A stretch of 64,000 bases of DNA from an uncultured Holophagales bacterium (GCA_963842525.1 CAWJGT010000034.1:480001-544000); one strand, 5' to 3'. Counted from the first letter of the stretch, positions 21,095-43,548 are shown. Translations and numbers: made by a program. The notes: generated by a model from the sequence alone, not told the origin.

Positions 21095-23491
21095 ATGTCG
21101 ATCACCCAGGATGTTGCGTATTCCTTGCGGCTCATGCGCAAGGCCCCGCTCTTCACCGCAGCCGTGGTGCTGACCATTGGCCTGGCCATCGCCGCCACCG
21201 CCACCATCTTCAGCGTGGTGAATGCCCAGATGTTGCGGCCGCTGCCCTTCAAAGATCCGGACCGGCTGCTGTTGGTCTTCGAGAAGAACGACAAGCTGAA
21301 CGCGCCGGTGTACAACGTCTCGGTACTGAACTTTCTCGACTGGCGGGCACAGACGCAAAGCTTCGACCTCGCCGCGGTCAATCCCAACAACTACATCCTC
21401 ACCGGCATGGGTGACCCCGAGCAGCTTGCCGGCAACCGCATCAGCCCGGAGCTGCCGCGCGTTCTCGGGGTCCATCTGATCGCGGGAAGGCCGTTCACCC
21501 CCGAGGAAGAGAAACCCGGCGCGGCACCGGTCGCCATCATCGGAGAGGCGTTCTGGCAACGCCACTTCGGCAAGGACGCCAACGCCCTGGGCCGCACCAT
21601 CAACCTCGACGGCACCGCCACCACCATCGTTGGCATCGCCCCTGCCACTCTGAACCTCATGGCGCCCGGAGATATCTACACCCCGTTGACCATCGACCCT
21701 GCCAAGGAGATGCGCCTGAGCCACGCCATATTTGTAGTCGGAAGGCTCAAGTCTGGCGTTTCCGTCCAGCAGGCGCAGGCGGAGATGAACACCATCTCCG
21801 ACAGAATGAAGGAGCAATATCCGGAGCTGCGCGATTGGGGCGTGAATCTGGTCAGCATGTTCGATGCGTTCATCAGCCCGCAGCTCAAGACCGGATTGCT
21901 GGTGCTGCTGGCCGCCGTCAGCTTCGTGCTGCTCATCGCCTGCGCTAACATCGCCAATCTTCTGCTGGCGAGGACCGCGGCCCGGCAACACGAGATGGCG
22001 GTGCGCACGGCGTTAGGCGCCAGCCAGGGCCGGCTGGTGCGCCAACTCCTGATAGAAAGCGTGACGCTCTCCTGCAGCGGAGGTCTTGCCGGACTGCTGG
22101 CGACCTGGTGGTCGGTACGCGCCATGAACTACCGGCTCCCGCCGAACACGCTGCCCATCCCCACGATCGAAGTGGATTCCCATGTTCTGTTGTTTGCGCT
22201 GGGGACTACGGTGCTGACCGGGCTCATCTTCGGCATCGTGCCTGCCCTGCGTACGGCGAAGGTGAAGGTAGATGAAGTGCTCAAGACCGGTGGACGCGGC
22301 GGCTCCGGCGGCATTCGCACGCGCATGCGCAACACCCTGGTGGCGATCGAGCTGGCTCTTGCGACGGTGCTGCTGATCGGAGCGGGCCTGTTCATCCAGA
22401 CCCTAGTCAATCTGCAGAGTGTGAAGCTCGGCTTCGAACCGCACGGCCTCATCAGTTTTCAAGTGTCGCTTCCTCCGGGCAAGTATCCCGACAAGACGGG
22501 GGCGCCCTTGTTCTTCCGCGAGATGATCGAATCATTGGAAGCGCTGCCGGGCGTGCGCAGTGCGTCGGTCTCGAGCGGCATCCCGTTTGGCGCCGGCGCG
22601 TATTACAGCCACCCGATGATGGCGACCGAAAACTCCATCCTTCCGCCCGACGCCAAGGTCCCCGTCGATTGGCGCATCGTGAACCCCGGATACTTCAAGA
22701 CCATGAACATCCCGTTGCTGCGAGGCCGCGAGTTCGAGTACTCCGACGCGAGCACTCCCAACATCATCATCGTGAGCCAGGCCACCGCCCGCACCTTCTG
22801 GGGAGACGAAAATCCACTCGGACGCACCCTTCGCCGCTCGGCCGACCCCGACACTCCCTTCACTGTGGTCGGCGTGGTCGGTGACGTGCGCAGCACCCAA
22901 CTGAGTCAGGAGTCACCTGCCTTCTACTACTCCATCACCACGCGGACCATGCCGTTGATGGACGTCGTGGTGCGGACAGACGCGTCTCCGGAATCACTGC
23001 TGCCCGCCATCCGCAAGCGGATCAAGGCGCTCGACCCTGACCTGCCGATGGCCAACGTGAACACCATGGAGCAATGGCTCACGACCGGCGCCGCGCAGCC
23101 GCGGCTGACCAGCATCTTGCTCAGCATCTTTGCCGGGGTCGCGCTGCTCATTGCTGCGATCGGGATCTATGCTGTGCTCACCTACTCCGTCAGCCAGCGT
23201 ACGCGCGAGATCGGCGTCCGCATGGCACTGGGCGCAACGCCGCGCCGCGTCCTGGAATTGATCGTCTCGGAGGGCATGCGCGTCGCGCTGCTGGGCCTGG
23301 TGATCGGATTGGCCGGCGGACTCGCCTTAGGTCGCACGGTGCAGAGCCTTGTGTATGGCGTTGGAGTGCGCGATCCAAAGATCTACTTAGAGGTAGCAGC
23401 GATCCTGACGGCGGTAGCGCTCGCGGCTTGCTTCATCCCCGCCCGGCGGGCTGCTGTTGTCGATCCCATAGTGGCTTTGCGGGAGGAATGA
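21095..23491 (+). CDS. ADOP-type (duplicated MacB/FtsX) ABC permease
   Basis: QDVAYSLRLMRKAP, LLIACANIANLLLAR, EMAVRTALGA and QRTREIGVRMALGA motifs; ends DPIVALREE; no ATPase gene adjacent. Confidence 0.92.
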   Translation: MSITQDVAYSLRLMRKAPLFTAAVVLTIGLAIAATATIFSVVNAQMLRPLPFKDPDRLLLVFEKNDKLNAPVYNVSVLNFLDWRAQTQSFDLAAVNPNNYILTGMGDPEQLAGNRISPELPRVLGVHLIAGRPFTPEEEKPGAAPVAIIGEAFWQRHFGKDANALGRTINLDGTATTIVGIAPATLNLMAPGDIYTPLTIDPAKEMRLSHAIFVVGRLKSGVSVQQAQAEMNTISDRMKEQYPELRDWGVNLVSMFDAFISPQLKTGLLVLLAAVSFVLLIACANIANLLLARTAARQHEMAVRTALGASQGRLVRQLLIESVTLSCSGGLAGLLATWWSVRAMNYRLPPNTLPIPTIEVDSHVLLFALGTTVLTGLIFGIVPALRTAKVKVDEVLKTGGRGGSGGIRTRMRNTLVAIELALATVLLIGAGLFIQTLVNLQSVKLGFEPHGLISFQVSLPPGKYPDKTGAPLFFREMIESLEALPGVRSASVSSGIPFGAGAYYSHPMMATENSILPPDAKVPVDWRIVNPGYFKTMNIPLLRGREFEYSDASTPNIIIVSQATARTFWGDENPLGRTLRRSADPDTPFTVVGVVGDVRSTQLSQESPAFYYSITTRTMPLMDVVVRTDASPESLLPAIRKRIKALDPDLPMANVNTMEQWLTTGAAQPRLTSILLSIFAGVALLIAAIGIYAVLTYSVSQRTREIGVRMALGATPRRVLELIVSEGMRVALLGLVIGLAGGLALGRTVQSLVYGVGVRDPKIYLEVAAILTAVALAACFIPARRAAVVDPIVALREE

Positions 23492-23695
23492 GACATCAAA
23501 CGCCGGCGGCACTCTTGCTCCTGGGTACATGCGGCACCCAGCGGCTCACCCGCCGGCAATAGTCCTGATATTCAGCTCCGACCGGTCCCGACGCGATGGA
23601 CTCAGATCGAGCGGAACCAACTCCGTCAAGCGCCAGGAAGCCGCGTCCGGCCGCTACGAACCCCAAAAGGTCGAAAGCCCCTGCAAAAACTGCAA

Positions 23696-25510
23696 CTATT
23701 GCCACGTCTTCACCTGCGACAATCGCTTCTCGATCACCTCGACGAGGTTTCCGTCGGGATCGAGGCAATGGAACGAGAGTTCACCCCACGGAAGCGCCAC
23801 GATGGGATGAACAGGTCCACCGAGCGAAGACACGCGCGCATGCGCCGCGTGGATATCGCTGACATGCAATTCAACACGGTTCCTGCGATTCGCGAGCTCG
23901 GGCACCACGAGCCTTCCCGAAAGCTCTATAGCCGTCTGCGCATCTACCAGGGAGAGCGCGCCGAACTGCACGAAGCGGCTGCTCTTCCTCGTATGCGTGA
24001 GCCCAAGCCGTTCATAGAACGACGCCGACGTCGCGAGGTGCGAGACCGTAAGCTTCACACCTCCGGCGCGCACGTCGAGCTTCTCCTCGGCCCGAGGCGT
24101 CGACTGCTTGGGAGGAGGCTCCGAAGGTCGTCGCTGGGCGGCCTCCTGTGCCATCTCTTCCTTCGACATCCTTCCGATCTTCGTGACGTACAGGGTCTGC
24201 CCGTCTGACGTCGCTAGCTGCCATCCCGCTGCCGTGATGGACGGCGTCGCAGGCGTGAGCTTATAGGGCTCTACGACACGGGCGCGGCGTGTCCCTCCGA
24301 ACTCAAGTTCTCCCTCATACCCTCCGACAAGTCTCTCTATGATGTTTTCGAGGGCTTTAGGGGTGACAGCCGGATGCTCCGGCGTCGCGGCTTCTGCGGG
24401 CTGGCGGGCGGCGAGTTGGTTCGCCATCTTCCGCAAGTACTCGCTGTCCTGTACACCGGCCCATTCTGGAGCCAGCAAGTCAGCCCCTCCTAGCGCTCCA
24501 ACGAGGCCGCCCGTCATGGCAGCGATCGTGTCCGTGTCTGAACCCAGGGCGAACGCTGCGCGCAACACGCCTTGAGTGGGCTGCGTCGCGTATCGCGCGG
24601 CGAGATAGATCGCGGCGGCGGCGCTGATGGTGCCGGAGCCCTTGTCGCGACTGAACGTGCCCATCCGCTCCAGAACAGCATCGTCATTGGCGAGGACTCC
24701 CTCCTCCAGGCCTTTCAGGCCGAAATGGAGCAGTTGCCGCATTTCTTCGACGACCGCAGCCCAGCGCTCCTCGTAGTCTTGGAGGGCGTTGTCCCCGGCT
24801 TCGAGCCACCCGTTCTTGGTCGAGGACGCGACAGGCGGCAGACCCCAGGTGGACGAAGTTTCCAGGAGGACAGTCAGGAGCTCGCCAAACCCTACCGTGT
24901 GCTGCGCGCGCAGGAGCCACCAAGCTGCGTACGCGTAGGCAGCGGCGCCAACGAGCGCACGAGGATGACCGTGCGTGGCCGCGCCGTCCACGACGACATC
25001 CTTCTGCATCGCGGCGGGTTCGTCGGCTTCAGCGTGGAGGACAGCATGCGGAAGTACGCGCATTGCCACGCCGTTCCCGCCCGCCTCGAAGTACCGCCTC
25101 ACGGCCTCTGCATCCGACTGCTTCCACGGGGCCAGGCCGCGCAGCCAGCTTGCCGCTGCGCGCTTCGTTGCACCTCCACCACCCCGCTCGTAGAGCGTCC
25201 ACAGCGGCAACTCGTTCCTCGTGAAATGCTGCCACCATGAAGAGCCAGCGGTGAGGCGCGAGCGGGCAATCGCCAACGTGAGCTGCGTGTCGTCGCTGTA
25301 CTCGCCCGCTCGGATGATCTCGGTGTGCGGGTAGAACCGCCCGCCTCCACGCCGCTCCCAGTCACGAAACGAAGCGGTGGGTTGTACGCGGTGCCTCCGG
25401 TTGACGAACTCTTGCGGCCAGCCGAGTGCATCACCTGCGGCGAGGGCGGTGAACGCCCCTTCGACACGGGCTCTGGCGACCGGCGGTCGCTGTTCCTTGC
25501 CGCTGGTCAT
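23696..25510 (-). CDS. ADP-ribosylglycohydrolase (DraG/ARH family) fused to a C-terminal VOC/glyoxalase domain
   Basis: AGDALG, YSDDTQ, GNGVAMR, THGH and SDTDTIAAMTG motifs; C-terminal LTVSHL..SASFY...PWG...DPDGNLVEV. Confidence 0.88.
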   Translation of the reverse strand: MTSGKEQRPPVARARVEGAFTALAAGDALGWPQEFVNRRHRVQPTASFRDWERRGGGRFYPHTEIIRAGEYSDDTQLTLAIARSRLTAGSSWWQHFTRNELPLWTLYERGGGGATKRAAASWLRGLAPWKQSDAEAVRRYFEAGGNGVAMRVLPHAVLHAEADEPAAMQKDVVVDGAATHGHPRALVGAAAYAYAAWWLLRAQHTVGFGELLTVLLETSSTWGLPPVASSTKNGWLEAGDNALQDYEERWAAVVEEMRQLLHFGLKGLEEGVLANDDAVLERMGTFSRDKGSGTISAAAAIYLAARYATQPTQGVLRAAFALGSDTDTIAAMTGGLVGALGGADLLAPEWAGVQDSEYLRKMANQLAARQPAEAATPEHPAVTPKALENIIERLVGGYEGELEFGGTRRARVVEPYKLTPATPSITAAGWQLATSDGQTLYVTKIGRMSKEEMAQEAAQRRPSEPPPKQSTPRAEEKLDVRAGGVKLTVSHLATSASFYERLGLTHTRKSSRFVQFGALSLVDAQTAIELSGRLVVPELANRRNRVELHVSDIHAAHARVSSLGGPVHPIVALPWGELSFHCLDPDGNLVEVIEKRLSQVKTWQ

Positions 25511-26208
25511 AGCGGACCTCCAGGGTGAAACAGCGTCTCATGTGGAACCATGCCGCGACGGAGCTGGGTGCTGAGCTGATCGGGCCTGAAGAAATCGGGG
25601 GCGACGAAGATCGGCGGGATGACCGCTCTCATCAACTTCAACCGCGAGATCTCGCGTTTTGCCTGGGACTCGTCAGCAACGGCTACCCCCAGGATGTCCT
25701 CGCGAGAAACGCGGTCGGGGATAAGGATTTCAGCCTGCTCGTCCGTGGGGAGCCACGAGGGGTGGTTCGGGGTGCGGTTGAAGACCCGGCCGTACGCGCC
25801 CGGCACCTCGGACCTGAACATAGAATCGAATGCGTCCCCGCCCTCTGCGACCCCGGCTCCTCTGTTTGCCGCAGCGTTGCGCTCGGAGAACTTCGTTCCC
25901 GGCGCCCACAGGTGGTCGGGTTTGATGAACAGCACGACCCAGTCGGCAAACAGGTTCTCGTTGTTCCGCGCGGTCCTGAAGTACCAAGCATTCGGGTACT
26001 GAATCGAGCAGCAGACGTGGTCAGGGAACCCGTCGTACCGCACGATGTCGGTGGCATTGAACACGGCCTTCTCATCCGTCCGCAGGCGCGCGGTGGACAG
26101 AATGCCGTTGGGGTCGGAAACGATGTGCAGCAGGTTTCGAGACGGCGTGAAGTGGCAGAGCCGGGTGATTTGCCGCGTCGTGACCTTTTCGCGAATCAGC
26201 CCCGTCAT
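25507..26208 (-). CDS. darT: DarT-family (DUF4433) DNA ADP-ribosyltransferase
   Basis: LCHFTxxxNL..I, RYD, FSERNAA and DEQAEILIP (catalytic Glu). Confidence 0.85.
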   Translation of the reverse strand: MTGLIREKVTTRQITRLCHFTPSRNLLHIVSDPNGILSTARLRTDEKAVFNATDIVRYDGFPDHVCCSIQYPNAWYFRTARNNENLFADWVVLFIKPDHLWAPGTKFSERNAAANRGAGVAEGGDAFDSMFRSEVPGAYGRVFNRTPNHPSWLPTDEQAEILIPDRVSREDILGVAVADESQAKREISRLKLMRAVIPPIFVAPDFFRPDQLSTQLRRGMVPHETLFHPGGPL

Positions 26209-27590
26209 CGCGAGCTCCTTTGCAGGAGACCAGCATCGGCGGGCACGAGTGCGGAGGGAGCGCCGGTGTGCGTGAGAACGAGGTCCGACTTCGCGCGTGT
26301 CACGGCGACGTAGAGGAGCTTCGCGTTGCTTGCCGCTGCATCATTGGCACCGAACGCCTCGACATCAGGCGGGTGCGGCAGACGCGCGGACGAAGCGAAG
26401 GGAACGATGACCGCGTTGAACTCTAGCCCCTTCGCCGCGTGATACGTGCCATAGAACACCCGGGGACCATTCGGCCAGCGTCCTAGCTCACGGTGAAGGC
26501 GCGTTGCGGAAATGCGTAACCGCTTCTCAAGCTCTCGATCACGAAAGAGCACCGCGACCGTTCCCTTCTTCGCGTACTGCTGCGCCAGCTCCTCGACGAA
26601 GCGCATCTCCGCGTCTTCGGAGCTGAACCCTACGAGCGCAGGGAGCGGGCCATCAGCCCGTACGGAGTTCGGTTCGATGAGATCTGCAACTCCTCGATAG
26701 AAGGGCGAGCGAGCGAGCGCGAGGGCGAGCTGCGCGATCTGCTTCGAGTTGCGGTAGTTCTCCTCGAACCTCCACACGTTCGCGACGTTGAGCCCCGCGC
26801 TACGCCACGAGATCTTATGACCATAGATCTGCTGTGCCATGTCGCCGAAGAACGTCAGGCTACCGTCTGGGGGAATTGCAGCAGCGAGCGACTGTAGCAT
26901 CACCGGCGAGAAGTCCTGTCCCTCATCGATAATTACGTGCTTGTAGAACCGCTGACTGCTGTCACTCGCGAACTCAGATACGACGGTCTGCGCGAGGTCG
27001 TCCCAGTCATAGGGCTTGCCGGCAGCGATGCGAAGCTCTCGGTGGTGCTGATACGTGGTGAAGAGCACGGGACGACTCGCCCTCGGCACGCGAGAGCCTT
27101 CCCGCCCATCGTTCTCGGCCTCCAAATAGTCGTCGACGCTCGTGATCCAGTTCTGCGAGAGCCAGCGAAACTCCTCCGCGATGAAGCCGATGGGACGGTC
27201 TAGGACCGCGTCCGTCGCTCCGGTCGCCTTCACGGCATCGACGGCGGTTTGTGCGTACGCCTCAGCGGTATCGCCATCGGCGATCGCTTTCCACGACATT
27301 TTCCCGCGCCGGTCCAAGTAGCCACGGGCGAAGTGGTGGTAGTTGCGCACGTCGACTTGGCCGAGCCCGGCGCCAAGGGATTGCAGGTACGCCACGAGGC
27401 ACTTGTTGAAGGTAACCAGCAGCGTTCGCCCGCCGTGATCGGTATCGGAATCCGCGAGGAACGCTGCTCGATGGATCGCGAGCGTGGTCTTGCCGCTCCC
27501 GGCAGTTCCGAGTACGACGATGTGCCCCGATGGGGGCAGTGCCAACACCTCTCTCTGTCGGCCAATAGGCGTCGGCAGCTTCGAAGTCAT
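26205..27590 (-). CDS. UvrD/Rep-like superfamily 1 helicase
   Basis: GTAGSGKT, IIDEGQD, GDMAQQIY, NYRN, AKGLEF and YVAVTRA motifs. Confidence 0.9.
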   Translation of the reverse strand: MTSKLPTPIGRQREVLALPPSGHIVVLGTAGSGKTTLAIHRAAFLADSDTDHGGRTLLVTFNKCLVAYLQSLGAGLGQVDVRNYHHFARGYLDRRGKMSWKAIADGDTAEAYAQTAVDAVKATGATDAVLDRPIGFIAEEFRWLSQNWITSVDDYLEAENDGREGSRVPRASRPVLFTTYQHHRELRIAAGKPYDWDDLAQTVVSEFASDSSQRFYKHVIIDEGQDFSPVMLQSLAAAIPPDGSLTFFGDMAQQIYGHKISWRSAGLNVANVWRFEENYRNSKQIAQLALALARSPFYRGVADLIEPNSVRADGPLPALVGFSSEDAEMRFVEELAQQYAKKGTVAVLFRDRELEKRLRISATRLHRELGRWPNGPRVFYGTYHAAKGLEFNAVIVPFASSARLPHPPDVEAFGANDAAASNAKLLYVAVTRAKSDLVLTHTGAPSALVPADAGLLQRSSR

Positions 27591-27729
27591 TTCAGCCTCC
27601 CAAGACCTTCATCGCGGCGGCATTCCGGTGCCCGCCACGCTGCCCATTGAGCATAGCTCCGGCAAGTTGGTTGAGTCGACCAGGTACTACCGCCTGAATG
27701 CATACCTTCCGGGGACAGCGGTCTAAGCC

Positions 27730-27755
27730 CGGTTCAAATCCGATCGTCGGCTCCA
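27730..27755 (+). mobile_element. tRNA 3'-end fragment (att-like site, possibly from tRNA-Thr)
   Basis: CGG-TTCAAAT-CCGAT-CGTCGGC-T-CCA gives a T-loop, 3' T-stem, acceptor strand and CCA; no 5' half upstream. Confidence 0.65.
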
Positions 27756-27780
27756 GCTCAAGTCCTTTCCTTCCAACAAC

Positions 27781-28569
27781 TTACTTTGCACCGGTCCCCC
27801 CGCTCGGCGCATCGCAGCAAGCCTCGCAAGCGAGAAAGAAGAGCGACTTCCGGATCGATCTCTGCGCGCTCCACTCTCGATGGTCCCAGCTCTCGCCTCC
27901 GACGTTGTCTCCCGCATAGAGGAGCTGGGCCACGAGGACGTTGCGGAAGTCGCCGACGGCGAAGAGCGCGGCGGCCTCCATCTCCACGACGATCGCCCCC
28001 TCGGCCCGCCTCGCCTGGATCTTGGAACGCGTCTCGCGGAAGATGGCGTCGGTCGTCCAGGTCTTGCCGAACAGGTACGGATGGCCCTGGCTCTCGAGCA
28101 CCTCACGGAGGATCTCGAGACCGAGGGGATTCGCCGCCACCTCGCGTCCAGGCGGGAGGTAGTGATACGAGGTGCCCTCGTCACGAATCGCGGCAGTTGG
28201 AACGATGATCTGCCCCAATGGGATCGCCGGATCGAGCACCCCTGCGCCGCCGCAAGCGATGACCACTCTGGCGCCATGAGCGATCGCCCCCTCGAGCAGA
28301 CCCGCAGCCAAGGGCGCCCCGGAGCCCGCATGAAAGATAGCGATGCGGCGCTTGCGATAGGTGATCTCATAGATGGGGTGCTGCCCCATCTCGCTCCGCT
28401 GCGCGGTCAGCGGAACCAGGTTGTCGCGCAGGACGATGTCGTCTATGACGTCCTTGAAGAAACACGCCACCGCCAATTCCGGGATCGAGACCGATGTGAT
28501 CGTGCCGTGGGGCTCGATCAGCGCCGACCTCTCCGGATCGAATTCAAGGAGGGGGAAGTCGTGGGTCAT
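27781..28569 (-). CDS. Nucleoside (uridine/purine) phosphorylase family protein
   Basis: GSGAP, CGGAG, RDEGTSYHY, WTTDAIFRET and VEMEAAA motifs. Confidence 0.9.
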   Translation of the reverse strand: MTHDFPLLEFDPERSALIEPHGTITSVSIPELAVACFFKDVIDDIVLRDNLVPLTAQRSEMGQHPIYEITYRKRRIAIFHAGSGAPLAAGLLEGAIAHGARVVIACGGAGVLDPAIPLGQIIVPTAAIRDEGTSYHYLPPGREVAANPLGLEILREVLESQGHPYLFGKTWTTDAIFRETRSKIQARRAEGAIVVEMEAAALFAVGDFRNVLVAQLLYAGDNVGGESWDHREWSAQRSIRKSLFFLACEACCDAPSGGTGAK

Positions 28570-28570
28570 G

Positions 28571-41309
<12,739 letters not shown>

Positions 41310-41313
<4 letters not shown>

Positions 41314-42350
41314 GAGCGGGCCTCCAGGGCCACCGGCCCGAAGGCGGCCGGCGGGCCGGCCAGAGCCCTCGGCACCGCGGCGAGCGAACGTTCGATACAG
41401 GAGCGGAGGCGATCCGCCAGGCCGGCGACCGCGGGGGGCATCAGCAGGGAGTAGTGGTCTACAGCTATTTCATGAACCTCGACGGGCTCGCCGGCGAGCG
41501 ACGACCAGCCGTTCGTGGGCTCCGGGGATGTCCGAAGGCGGAAGAGGATCAGGCGGTCGCCGCCGGGCCCGGGCCGGTAGGCGGCGATGGCACGCACGTT
41601 GGCGCGGTAGACGTCGAGGATCGGCCGGACCTGCGCCAAGCGCACGCTGGCCCGGAGCAGGCCGGCCTCGTGCGCCCGGGCGAGGAGCCAGTCGAGGGCC
41701 GCCGCCTCGTCCATCCCCGCCGGCTCCCCATCGAGCCAGGAGGCGTCCAGCCCCTGGAGCCCCGCCTGGTCGCGCAGGTAGAGGCGGACGATGTCGTCCT
41801 CGCGCGCGGCCGCGGGCAGCGGCACGATCCCGGGCGCCCAGGCGTCGAGGAGCGCCACGAGCGCCACCGGCCGGCCGCGCTGCCGCATCTGGCGCGCCAT
41901 CTCGAACGCCACGACGCCGCCGAACGACCAGCCGCCCAGCAGGTAGGGGCCGTGCGGCGCGGCGGCCTCGACCGCGGCGGCGTACTGGGCGGCCATCGCC
42001 GGCAGGTCGTCGACCGCGTGCCCTCCCGCGAGGCCTGCCGCCTGGATGCCATAGAACGGCTGCTCCCCGCCCAGCCGGAGGGCGAGATCGCGATAGGAGA
42101 GCACCGCGCCGCCGATGGCGTGAACGCAGAAGAACGGCGGCCTCCCGGCGGCCACCGCGGCGGCCGCCGGGCGCTCCGGCTGCAGGTCGACGAGGAGCGA
42201 TGGCTCGCGCCGGGCGCCGGGCGGCGCGCCGCCGGAGACGGCCTCGCCACGGATGCGCTTGGCGAGGAGCTTCCGCTTGGCGGCCGAGAGGGATTCCAGG
42301 CCCCGGGCGCGATGCTCGGGGGTGAGATCGGTGGTCAGGGGGGATTTCAT
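41310..42350 (-). CDS. Standalone thioesterase with N-terminal docking-like helix
   Basis: FFCVHAIGG, GGWSFGG and DHYSLL motifs; N-terminal LSAAKRKLLAKRIRG. Confidence 0.9.
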
Positions 42351-42440
42351 CTCGCTTTTAAAATCTTTAAACCTTACGCGAAAAACACAAAGTCTCCACG
42401 GCCCCCCGCGTGAGGTCAGTATATAGAAGTGCGACGGAGG
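42323..42440 (-). promoter_or_regulatory. NRPS operon promoter/leader, copy 1
   Basis: Nearly identical to 62698-62815; -10 TATACT followed by a G-U-rich hairpin and the MKSPL start. Confidence 0.75.
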
Positions 42441-42624
42441 GCTTGGGCGTGGACAGCTCCTTGGAGTGCCTGACAAAACCGGCGTCGCCAGTTCTTGTAG
42501 GGGCGGGGTCTGGGGGGGGCGGAAGGTGGAGCGACCCGCCCTCGGCGTGAGATTCCAAAGGGGCTCCCCTCCTCCTCAGGGTCCCGTCAAAGTCGTCGGG
42601 GTCGGAGCTTTCCCCCGCCCAAAG

Positions 42625-42682
42625 GCCCTCACCCCCTGGCCCCCTCTCCCACCCGCACTCACACCCACGCGGGAGAGGGGGA
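42625..42682. repeat. CCCTCACCCC...CCCTCTCCC/GGGAGAGGG REP-like hairpin
   Basis: Inverted repeat CCCCCTCTCCC / GGGAGAGGGGG; a partial copy sits near 7085-7108. Confidence 0.6.
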
Positions 42683-42755
42683 ACCACCCTCCCAACTTCC
42701 TCCTGCTCAAGCCTCTGATTCGCCGTGATCGCGGCCCCGATTCACGGTGAACCGC

Positions 42756-42930
42756 GACTTTTCAGGACCACACCGGACTTTTCAGGACCGCGCCAGACTT
42801 TTCAGGGCCCCGCCGCGATTTTTCCGGACGACGCCCGACTTTTCAGGATGGCACCGGAGTTTTCAGGACAAGCCCCAGACATTTCCGGACGACGCCGGAT
42901 TTTTCAGGACGGCGCGCGATTTTTCAGGCT
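42756..42930. repeat. Array of nine 20-21 bp units, core GAYTTTTCAGGAC
   Basis: Counted directly; unit lengths 20,20,21,20,20,21,20,20 plus a partial unit. Confidence 0.85.
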
Positions 42931-43005
42931 CACCGCGCGCCGTCTCGCCGTGATCGCGGGTTTTTCGCGGCGACCGCGCGTTTCTCGCCGCGATCTCGGG
43001 GCGTG

Positions 43006-43407
43006 TCAGCGGGGACGCCCCGTTTTGGTCGCTTCGCGCCGGGTGTCAGGCCGGCGCCGGGAGATTTCCTCGCGGACCGTGGTGCGGATCGCCTCCAGGA
43101 TCTCGGCCGAGAGAGTGGGAGATGGGGCGGCCTTGCGGTGATTCGGAGGCAGCCAGTCGTCGATGCGGCGGGTCGCCTCCAGGTTGGGGAGTCCCCGCTG
43201 GAGGAGCTCGGCAGGGTGGATCTCGAGGACCTGGCAGAGCGGCAGCAGGTGGCGGAGCTTCAGGTCCATGCGGCCGTCGAGAAGCCGCGGCAACGTTCCA
43301 TGGCCGATCTGCAGCGCGTCCTCGATCTTGCGGGGAGACAGAGGCAGTGCGGCCAAAGCCATGGCCAATAGCGCGCGGACCAGCTCCAGACCGTCTCTCG
43401 CAGGCAT
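43006..43407 (-). CDS. XRE-like helix-turn-helix protein
   Basis: LSPRKIEDALQIGHGTLPRLLDGRMDLKLRHL pattern. Confidence 0.7.
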   Translation of the reverse strand: MPARDGLELVRALLAMALAALPLSPRKIEDALQIGHGTLPRLLDGRMDLKLRHLLPLCQVLEIHPAELLQRGLPNLEATRRIDDWLPPNHRKAAPSPTLSAEILEAIRTTVREEISRRRPDTRREATKTGRPR

Positions 43408-43548
43408 GATGGGAAAACTCTATGCGAGGGGTGCGGGAGGCGCAAGGGCCTGGTCCGCGGGGCGTTCCCTCCTCCTTCGGCGCCTCGCGGCGGGCCGGAT
43501 TCTTGTGCCATCATTGCCCGCTGAAACTGCGGTTTGATAGGAGACGCC

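Noticed and set aside
27730-27755. Intact tRNA gene
   Set aside because: There is no D arm, anticodon arm or 5' acceptor strand upstream.
42756-42930. CRISPR or TIGR array interpretation of the 20-21 bp repeats
   Set aside because: Spacers are only 7-8 nt, the unit does not fit either architecture, and no cas or tas gene is visible.
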